Part shown: in pieces, positions 7,299 to 13,950 of the stretch
Layout of the letters: each line of letters opens with the position of its first letter
Numbering within the stretch: position 1 is the first letter of the stretch
Assembly: GCA_964402765.1 (NCBI GenBank)
Contig: CAYODS010000006.1
Span: 1 to 24,000, forward strand
Direction of reading: 5' to 3'
Origin: an uncultured Halobacteriales archaeon
GTDB lineage: Archaea > Halobacteriota > Halobacteria > Halobacteriales > SW-7-71-33
DNA: 24,000 nt
Notes under the pieces: model-generated
The model's input: only the letters and a program-made list of their open reading frames with translations
Told to the model about the DNA's origin: nothing
Database searches by the model: none
Position numbers and translations under genes: made by a program

Positions 7299-9599
7299 TC
7301 AGGTGCTCTCTTCGACCTCGGTCACGTCGAGATCGAGCACCTGGTTCACCTCGTACTTCGTGGAGTAGCCCACCTCGTACAGCATCACCAGACCGTTCGT
7401 GTCGTGGCTCCCCGCGTCAGCGAACTCGTAGACGACGACCACCTGGTTGCTCTGCAGGTCGAACGTGCCCCCGCTGGTGTAGGGGTCGACGATGTCGGCC
7501 ACGCGCCGCTGCCAGCCGACGGGCGTCCCGCCGTCCGTGACGCTGCTCACCGGGTCGCCCGCGACGGCGACGTGGACGTCGGCCGCACCACCGACACTCG
7601 ACAGCCCCGGTCCGGCACACCGGTACTCGTTGTAGTGGTCGTCGAAGTCTCCCCTCACGGCGTCGTTGTACGGGTACTGGGCGGCGCTCGAGTTGTTCGT
7701 CCGGTACCCCCACTCCCTGTCGACCAGGGTGCGTTCGCCGCTCTTGTTGACGTCACAGGTGTACCGCTCGACCTCGGTGGTGAGCTTCTCGCCGTCGGTC
7801 AACAGCCCCGGCGTCTCGACGCGCCCGCCGTACTCCTGGTGGACGGCGTCCGCGACGGGACTACCGCTGTCACCCCAGGTCTTGCCGTCGTGGGTGTGCT
7901 CGACGGTCACCGGCTCGTGCAGCACACCACGGATGTCCGTGATGTAGTAGGTGTCGGTGCCGTTTGGCACCCTGTAGGAGTAGTTCTCGCCCTTGCCGAT
8001 GAGGTTCTCGAAGGTGTCGTCGAGCTCCTCGCCCTCGCCCTTGTACACGTGGTCGTACTCGGCGTCGGTGTCGGCGGCGACGTCTTTCATCAGCCCCTTG
8101 TTGACGTCGCTGTCGCTGCCGAACGTCACCGTGTACACCTTGTACCCCTTGTCGATGGCGTCCGCGACGGGGCAGTTGTCGCTGGGTGAGGTACTGCCGC
8201 CCAGCGGTCTGCCACAGGACGGGTCGTACGGGCCGGCCCCGCCGTTCGGCTCCCCGTCGGTCATCATGATGATGACCTCGCTGCGGTTGGGGTCCTGCCC
8301 GAGTTCGGACATCGCCTCCTCCAGTCCGTCGTCCATCGGGGTGCCGCCGCTGTCGCTGAGACCGCTGGCCGCGCTCTTGACGTCCCCGAGGTTCGATGTC
8401 AGTCCCTGGTGGACCTTCGTGTTCCCGCCGTGGCTGCCGGAGTAGCCGACCAGCGCCGCCTTGTGACTCTTGTTGTCGCTCTGCAGCCGCGAGGTGAACT
8501 GCTTGACCGCCGCCTTCGTGTCGGAGATCTGCTGGCTGCTCATCGACCCGGACTCGTCCATCAGGAACACCACGTCGAGCGGCTCCTCGCTGCCGGGGTC
8601 CCAGACCCACTTGTAGTCGGGCACCTCCTTCTCGTGTCTGTGGGACTCGTTGTACCCCACGTCGCCGCCGAGCACCTGTGCAGTGAGCCCGTACCGGTTG
8701 TCGTCGGCGGGCTTGTCGACGACGATGTCGACGCCGCTGCCGTTTCTGACGACGGTCCCGTACGCGTCCGGGCCGGACTCGTTGAACGCGACGACCCTGT
8801 TGCGGGAGTCGTTGACGGCGTCGAGCAGCACCCGCTCGGGCATCTCGACCTCGACCCTGTCGGCCGCCGGCGTCGACACCGTCACCCCGCTGACGTCGCC
8901 GAGACGGGACTCGAAGTACCGCTCCCAGCCGCCGGCCCGCTCGCTCTCGACTATCAGCTTCACGCCGTCCGGACGGTTACAGTCCTGGGTGGCGAACAGG
9001 TTCCGAAGCGCCTGCTTCGTCTGCTGGACCGACCCCTCGACGTCCCGGCTGGCGGTGAACTCGTGGGTCAGGTCAGCGGGCAAGTCGAACACCGAACTCT
9101 TCACAGTCCCCTCAGTCAACCCGACGTCCGGCGGCGTGTCGACGACCGTACTGCCGTCCTGGGTGACGAATACGCCGCCCGCCTGGTAGCTGATCACCGT
9201 GCGGTCGTTGACCTCGTAGTCCACGCGGTCGAGGGGCACCGTCGCCTCGCAGGCGCCGGTGTATCCCGTCCCGTCGTGGAAGCGTATCGTCAACTGGTCG
9301 GTCGTGTCCACCCGCACCGACTCCTCGTCACCGACGCGGTCGGTGATCTCGAACGAGACCGCCGAGGAGTCACTCCTGACGGAGAGGTCCGCGAGGGAGG
9401 CGTCGAGTTCCTCGACCGACCCGATCGCCGACTCGTACCTGCTCTGTTCGGAGATCTGGTTCTGTGCGCTCGTTCCCGTGACGACCACCAGTGCCGCCCC
9501 AGCGATGACGAACCCGAATAGTAGTGCGATACCGATGACCTCCGAGACGCCGCGGTCCGGCGCCCCCCCTGGTGACAGTTCTCTATCGCTGGCGTCCAT
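7299..9599 (-). CDS. P2: pilin-signal/vWA family paralogue
   Basis: 766 aa, ATG start. N-terminus: MDASDRELSPGGAPDRGVSEVIGIALLFGFVIAGAALVVV. MIDAS residues: DVVFLMDESGSM (DESGSM is nt 8541-8558), SGGTPMDDGL, VIIMMTDGEPN. The vWA segment is roughly nt 7995-8582. Collinear with P1, P3 and P4 in the N- and C-domains, including four conserved Cys (aa 117, 207, 615, 661). Confidence 0.9.
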   Translation of the reverse strand: MDASDRELSPGGAPDRGVSEVIGIALLFGFVIAGAALVVVTGTSAQNQISEQSRYESAIGSVEELDASLADLSVRSDSSAVSFEITDRVGDEESVRVDTTDQLTIRFHDGTGYTGACEATVPLDRVDYEVNDRTVISYQAGGVFVTQDGSTVVDTPPDVGLTEGTVKSSVFDLPADLTHEFTASRDVEGSVQQTKQALRNLFATQDCNRPDGVKLIVESERAGGWERYFESRLGDVSGVTVSTPAADRVEVEMPERVLLDAVNDSRNRVVAFNESGPDAYGTVVRNGSGVDIVVDKPADDNRYGLTAQVLGGDVGYNESHRHEKEVPDYKWVWDPGSEEPLDVVFLMDESGSMSSQQISDTKAAVKQFTSRLQSDNKSHKAALVGYSGSHGGNTKVHQGLTSNLGDVKSAASGLSDSGGTPMDDGLEEAMSELGQDPNRSEVIIMMTDGEPNGGAGPYDPSCGRPLGGSTSPSDNCPVADAIDKGYKVYTVTFGSDSDVNKGLMKDVAADTDAEYDHVYKGEGEELDDTFENLIGKGENYSYRVPNGTDTYYITDIRGVLHEPVTVEHTHDGKTWGDSGSPVADAVHQEYGGRVETPGLLTDGEKLTTEVERYTCDVNKSGERTLVDREWGYRTNNSSAAQYPYNDAVRGDFDDHYNEYRCAGPGLSSVGGAADVHVAVAGDPVSSVTDGGTPVGWQRRVADIVDPYTSGGTFDLQSNQVVVVYEFADAGSHDTNGLVMLYEVGYSTKYEVNQVLDLDVTEVEEST

Positions 9600-9620
9600 A
9601 CTTGATTAAACCGTATGCGG

Positions 9621-9630
9621 AGTATAATAC
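9621..9630 (-). promoter_or_regulatory. TATA-like box for P2 (a leaderless transcript is implied)
   Basis: The minus strand reads GTATTATACT, centred about 27 nt upstream of ATG 9599, inside an AT-rich island (9600-9685). Confidence 0.45.
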
Positions 9631-9666
9631 AAAATTATCCCGCTGAGTAATGCCTATTGTTCCGTG

Positions 9667-9673
9667 AAATAAA
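9667..9673 (-). terminator. Oligo-T tract (minus strand TTTATTT), candidate terminator for P3
   Basis: This is the first T-rich run downstream of the P3 stop codon, about 120 nt away and beyond the duplicated 3' segment. Archaeal termination commonly uses oligo-T. It overlaps the AT-rich region upstream of P2, so the assignment is weak. Confidence 0.25.
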
Positions 9674-9700
9674 GTAGTGAACTTACTCCGTCGCCTCGAA

Positions 9701-9840
9701 CGCGAACGGGGCGGTGGGGAGGCGAATCAGTTCCCGGGCTCGACCACGCCGGCGCTCGGGTCGATCGCGAGCGGGGCGGTAGAGGAGAGGCGAGTCAGTT
9801 CTCGGGCTCGACCACGTCGACCTTCAGGTCGACCGCGAAC
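9701..9840 (-). repeat. Tandem duplication (units 9701-9765 and 9766-9833, plus 7 nt of a third unit) copying the P3 3' end and its proximal 3' flank
   Basis: Unit A: cgcgaacggggcggtggggaggcgaatcagttcccgggctcgaccacgccggcgctcgggtcgat. Unit B: cgcgagcggggcggtagaggagaggcgagtcagttctcgggctcgaccacgtcgaccttcaggtcgac. My hand alignment gives about 85 % identity with one 3-nt indel. Unit B holds the true P3 end (..FAVDLKVDVVEPEN*). Unit A encodes a relic tail, LAIDPSAGVVEPGN*. Confidence 0.85.
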
Positions 9841-11984
9841 TCCGCGGACATCGAGGTCGACTTGCCGACGGTGTACATCACGACGGCGCCGTTGAGGTTC
9901 GAGCCGGTCGGGTCGCTGTAGGCGACGACCACCTGGTTGCTCTGCAGGTCGAACGTCCCGCTGTCGGTGTAGGGAGCGACCATCTGGTCGAAGTTCGTCT
10001 GCCAGGCGGGCGAGGAACTCGACGGCACGCTGTCGCCGTCGGTGAACACCTGCACCGTGCTCGGGGTCTTCTTGGAGCTGTGGTCGACCGAGTCACACCG
10101 GTACTGGTCGTAGGCGTCGTACTTGTACTTCGGCTTGATTGTCGGCGGCCCGCTGCCGGTGTCGACGACGAGGTCCGAGACGTTCGACGGGAGCGACATC
10201 GAGGCGGGTTCGGTGGGCTTGTTTTTCACGCTTGCGCAGTCGAACAGATTCGCGCGGATCTTCATCCGCTTGCCGTCGGGCAGCGAGGGGACGGCGGTGA
10301 CGTACTCCTGGTAGTTGACCGCCTGCTGGACCTTCGTGGTGCCGCTGACGACGGGCTCGTAGCCGCCGCTGCCGACCTTCTGTTCCAAGACGACGGGCTT
10401 GCGGACGATCTTCGGCGGCTCGGTCAGGTTGTACACCGTCTTCGTGCCGACGGTCCCGTTGTACACCTTGTACCCCAGGTCGTTGACGATGAGCTTGTAC
10501 TCGTCACCGATGGCTTTCGCCTCCGAGATGTGGGCGTAGAGCCCGCCGGTGTTGAACGCGATGCTCCCCAGGGTGGTCTTGTCAGCCCCCGGCCCGAACC
10601 CGATGGTGTAGATCTTGATGCCGTGGTTGTTTGCCTTCTTGACCATCCCGTACGGGTACGAGGCGTGCCCGTCTGACATCAGGGCGATCACCTTGTTGCG
10701 GTCAGACCCCGTGTTCTTCAGCTGATTGATGGCGTGGGACAACGCCGGAGTGAAGTCAGTGCCACCGCTGGCGCTCAGACTGTCCACCGAGTCCTTCAGC
10801 GCCGCCCGGTCGCTGGTGAGACCCTTGTGCGGGTTCGCCCCGCTGTCGAAGCCGACGAGCGACGCTTTGTGGTCCCGATTGTTGGGGAACTCGTCGAGGA
10901 ACTTCCGTATCGGGTCTTTGGTGTTGTCGATCTCGTCGTTCATCGAGCCGGACTCGTCGACCAGGAACACGATGTCCAGGGGCTTGCCGTCCTTGCTCTT
11001 CCACACCCGACCGGTGATGTTCTGCTCCGTCTTCGTCACCTTACCGTTCGTCTGGCCGTACTGCGTCCCGAGCAACTGTGCGGTGACCTTGTAGCTGTTG
11101 TTCGTACCCTTGTCGACCCAGAGCTTCGCACCGTTGCCGTCCGGGATGACGTCGCCGGCGATCGTCTTGTTCGTGAAGTCGACGACGTTGTTGCGGTCGT
11201 CGTCGGTCTCCTTCACCAGCTGAGAGTTGTTGATCACCGCCGTGACCGTCGAGCCGCTGACCGTCACCGACACGCCGGAGGGAGTCTCATCGCGGAGGTG
11301 TTTCGCCCACACTTCCGTGTCGTCCGTGTCGATCGTGACCCGCACCTTCTCCGGGCGCTTGCAGGCACTGTTCCCGAACAGGTCCGACTTCTTCTTGGCG
11401 GTGACCTCCTTGGACCGCTCGACGTCATGTTCGACCCCGAACTCGTCGTCCTGGATGTCGCTCTTGAACTTGGTGAGCCGCAGGCCGAGGGTGCCCTCGC
11501 TGAACCCGAGGTCCGGCTCGCTGACGATCTTCGTGTGGTTCCCCGTCGTCTTGAACACGCCGCCGGCCTGGTGGGTAAATGTCGTCTCGTTGTCGACGTC
11601 GTACACGATCTCCTGCAGCGGGATCGAGGTCATACAGTCGGAACGGAACTTGTTTCCGTCGTGTAACTCGACGGTTACGCTGTCGCCTGTCTCCATGTGG
11701 ACCGACTCGCCGTCGGCGTCACGGTCGGTCAGGTCGAACGAGACCTGTTTCGGCGCGCCGTCGCTCGTGACGTCTGACAGTTTCGTGTCGAACTGCTGAA
11801 CGGCCTTCTCTGCCGACTCCACCTGTCCCTGTTCCTCGAAACTGCTCTGGGCCGAGGTCCAAGTCACGGCGACCAACGCCGCGCCGGCCACGATCAGGCC
11901 GAACAGGAGGACGACGCTTATTACCTCCGAGATACCACGACGCTGGTCCCCCAGGTCAGGACCGTCTCCGCGATCCCCCTTCAT
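9795..11984 (-). CDS. P3: pilin-signal/vWA family paralogue (Lys-rich, lower-GC member)
   Basis: 729 aa, ATG start. N-terminus: MKGDRGDGPDLGDQRRGISEVISVVLLFGLIVAGAALVAV. MIDAS residues: DIVFLVDESGSM, SGGTDFTPAL, VIALMSDGHAS. The vWA segment is roughly nt 10470-10982. Conserved Cys at aa 117, 208, 583 and 630. C-terminal blocks: TFDLQSNQVVVAY, VVMYTVGKST, VDLKVDVVEPEN. Confidence 0.9.
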   Translation of the reverse strand: MKGDRGDGPDLGDQRRGISEVISVVLLFGLIVAGAALVAVTWTSAQSSFEEQGQVESAEKAVQQFDTKLSDVTSDGAPKQVSFDLTDRDADGESVHMETGDSVTVELHDGNKFRSDCMTSIPLQEIVYDVDNETTFTHQAGGVFKTTGNHTKIVSEPDLGFSEGTLGLRLTKFKSDIQDDEFGVEHDVERSKEVTAKKKSDLFGNSACKRPEKVRVTIDTDDTEVWAKHLRDETPSGVSVTVSGSTVTAVINNSQLVKETDDDRNNVVDFTNKTIAGDVIPDGNGAKLWVDKGTNNSYKVTAQLLGTQYGQTNGKVTKTEQNITGRVWKSKDGKPLDIVFLVDESGSMNDEIDNTKDPIRKFLDEFPNNRDHKASLVGFDSGANPHKGLTSDRAALKDSVDSLSASGGTDFTPALSHAINQLKNTGSDRNKVIALMSDGHASYPYGMVKKANNHGIKIYTIGFGPGADKTTLGSIAFNTGGLYAHISEAKAIGDEYKLIVNDLGYKVYNGTVGTKTVYNLTEPPKIVRKPVVLEQKVGSGGYEPVVSGTTKVQQAVNYQEYVTAVPSLPDGKRMKIRANLFDCASVKNKPTEPASMSLPSNVSDLVVDTGSGPPTIKPKYKYDAYDQYRCDSVDHSSKKTPSTVQVFTDGDSVPSSSSPAWQTNFDQMVAPYTDSGTFDLQSNQVVVAYSDPTGSNLNGAVVMYTVGKSTSMSAEFAVDLKVDVVEPEN

Positions 11985-12010
11985 TGATTAATGCATGATT
12001 AGGGCATAGG

Positions 12011-12020
12011 TCAAAAAGGT
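12011..12020 (-). promoter_or_regulatory. TATA-like box for P3
   Basis: The minus strand reads ACCTTTTTGA, centred about 30 nt upstream of ATG 11984, within the AT-rich divergent intergenic region 11985-12100. Confidence 0.4.
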
Positions 12021-12054
12021 TCTCCCCGATAACCTGAACGGCGTGGCGAGGCAT

Positions 12055-12090
12055 CAATAATTAATTTTCACGGCCAGAATAGTAAAAAAC
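12055..12090 (+). promoter_or_regulatory. AT-rich element upstream of cofD (candidate promoter)
   Basis: Sequence: CAATAATTAATTTTCACGGCCAGAATAGTAAAAAAC. The A-run at 12081-12089 is about 26 nt upstream of GTG 12111. This suggests a TSS near 12111, giving either a 45-nt leader to ATG 12156 or a leaderless GTG start. Confidence 0.3.
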
Positions 12091-12155
12091 ACCCGGTCGA
12101 CGGGCGTGGCGTGCGTCCGAAACCCATTAGGGACGGACCGGTCGTATCCCTTCGC

Positions 12156-13148
12156 ATGGTCACGTTCCTGTCAGGCGGCACCGGGACGCCGAAGCTGTTG
12201 GACGGCGCCGCGGCGGCGTTCTCGCCCGGGGAGACGACGGTGGTCGCGAACACCGGTGACGACGTCGAGATCGGTGGGCTGCTCGTCTGTCCGGACCTCG
12301 ACACGGTGCTGTATCAGGGTGGCGGCGTGCTGGACCGCGAGACGTGGTGGGGTGTCAGCGGCGACACGGACCGCACGCACACGGCGCTGCACGACATCGC
12401 GGACGCCGCCGAACTGTCGACCGAGCCACAGTACCTGGACGACGAGCGCCAGACCGCCGGCCGGAACATCGCCGACTGGCGGCGGTTCTCCGGCGCCGGC
12501 GAGTTCATGCGGATCGGCGACCGTGACCGCGCCTTCCACATCACCCGCACGAGCCTGATCGACCGAGGACACACCCTCAGCGAGGCCACCGAGGTGCTCG
12601 CGGACGGGATGGGCGTCTCGATCGACATCCTCCCGATGAGCGACGACCCCGTCGCCACGCTCGTCCACACCCCCGACGGGGTGATGCACTTCCAGGAGTT
12701 CTGGGTCCACCACGACGGCGAGCCAACCGTCGAGAACGTGGAGTTCCGCGGCGCCGCCCGCGCCGACCCCGCGCCGGGCGTCCTCGACGCGCTGGAGGAC
12801 ACCGTCGTGATCGGCCCCTCCAACCCCGTCACCGGCATCGGCCCCACGCTCGCGCTGCCAGGCGTCGCCGAGGCGCTGCAGGAGACCACCGTCGTCGTCG
12901 TCTCGCCGTTTGTCGAGGGCGAGGCGTTCTCCGGGCCCGCGGTGAAGCTGATGGACGCCGTCGACGCCGACCCCGGCACCGCCGGGCTGCCGCGCGCGTA
13001 CCCCTTCGCCGACGCGTTCGTGATCGACGAGGACGACGCCGTCGAGTTCGACGTGCCCACGGTCCGCACCGATATCTCGATCGACGGCCGCGAGGACGCC
13101 GCCCGCGTGATCGAGGCCGTCACCGACGCCGTCGCGGAGGTCCGGTGA
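12156..13148 (+). CDS. cofD: 2-phospho-L-lactate transferase (LPPG:FO transferase, coenzyme F420 biosynthesis)
   Basis: The N-terminus [17 protein letters not shown]...[25 protein letters not shown] is the CofD/YvcK-family signature. Later residues include [20 protein letters not shown]. The ORF track starts at GTG 12111, but ATG 12156 gives the canonical N-terminus. Confidence 0.85.
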   Translation: MVTFLSGGTGTPKLLDGAAAAFSPGETTVVANTGDDVEIGGLLVCPDLDTVLYQGGGVLDRETWWGVSGDTDRTHTALHDIADAAELSTEPQYLDDERQTAGRNIADWRRFSGAGEFMRIGDRDRAFHITRTSLIDRGHTLSEATEVLADGMGVSIDILPMSDDPVATLVHTPDGVMHFQEFWVHHDGEPTVENVEFRGAARADPAPGVLDALEDTVVIGPSNPVTGIGPTLALPGVAEALQETTVVVVSPFVEGEAFSGPAVKLMDAVDADPGTAGLPRAYPFADAFVIDEDDAVEFDVPTVRTDISIDGREDAARVIEAVTDAVAEVR

Positions 13149-13149
13149 C

Positions 13150-13935
13150 GTGCGGGCCCGTCTCGCGCTGGCGAGCCTGAGCGGCCGGTCGGACGCCGAG
13201 TGGGCCCGCGACGGTGCCCCACGGGCCGACGTCGCGTTTCTGGGCGGGTTCGCGCTCGACGGGCCGACGAGGTCGGCCGCACGCGGCGCCGTCCTCCGGG
13301 ACCGCGAGGAGTTCCTGCCGCCCGACCCCGTCACCTTCGTCGCGGACCAACTCGACGCACTGGCCGACGCCCCCGTCCGCCCCGGCGTGAACGTCCGTGC
13401 CGTTGATCCCGACGCCGTCGGGTCTGTCGCGCGGGTGTGTGCCGCTCGCGACGCGGTGATCGAGGTCAACGCCCACTGTCGCCAGCCCGAGACGACCGCC
13501 GCCGGCGCCGGGCAGGCACTGATGCACGACCCCGAGCGACTCGCCGCCCACGTCCGGACGGCCAGCGAGACGGGCGCGACGGTCTCGGTCAAGCTCCGCA
13601 CCGAGGTCGACGGCGTGGACCTGCCCGCCCTCGCCGGGCGACTCGCGGACGCCGGGGCCGACGCCGTCCACGTCGACGCGATGGACTCGGAGGGCGTCGT
13701 CGCCGGCGTCGCCGCCGCCGCGCCCGGCACCTGGGTGATCGCCAACAACGGGGTCCGGGACCGCCGCACCGTCAGGGAGTATCTCGCGTACGGCGCGGAC
13801 GCCGTCAGCGTCGGCCGTCCGAGCACCACGCCCGCCGTTCTCCGTCGCGTGCGGACGGCCGTCGACGGGTGGTTCGACGCCGGGGCGTCCACGCCGACAG
13901 AGGGCACCGAGCGCGCCCCTCGGTCGTCGGGGTAG
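13150..13935 (+). CDS. Dus-like FMN-dependent TIM-barrel oxidoreductase (dihydrouridine synthase / dihydroorotate dehydrogenase superfamily)
   Basis: 261 aa. GTG 13150 lies 1 nt after the cofD stop codon, so the two genes look coupled. The EVNAHCRQPE motif resembles the Dus active-site Cys context. Other matches: VSVKLR, GADAVHVDAM, ANNGVRD..., YGADAVSVGR (a phosphate-binding-like C-terminus). The family assignment is from memory only. Confidence 0.55.
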   Translation: MRARLALASLSGRSDAEWARDGAPRADVAFLGGFALDGPTRSAARGAVLRDREEFLPPDPVTFVADQLDALADAPVRPGVNVRAVDPDAVGSVARVCAARDAVIEVNAHCRQPETTAAGAGQALMHDPERLAAHVRTASETGATVSVKLRTEVDGVDLPALAGRLADAGADAVHVDAMDSEGVVAGVAAAAPGTWVIANNGVRDRRTVREYLAYGADAVSVGRPSTTPAVLRRVRTAVDGWFDAGASTPTEGTERAPRSSG

Positions 13936-13950
13936 CGAGCGTCGTGCCGG

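Noticed and set aside
9677-9895. 72-aa plus-strand ORF across the P2/P3 intergenic region.
   Set aside because: It runs through the tandem-duplicated P3 3' end on the antisense strand. It is Arg-rich with no coding signature.
12111-12155. GTG 12111 as the cofD start, as given in the ORF track.
   Set aside because: The 15-aa extension [15 protein letters not shown] precedes the canonical CofD N-terminus [13 protein letters not shown] 12156 is preferred. However, the A-run about 26 nt upstream of 12111 keeps the GTG start formally possible, and this is noted in the feature.
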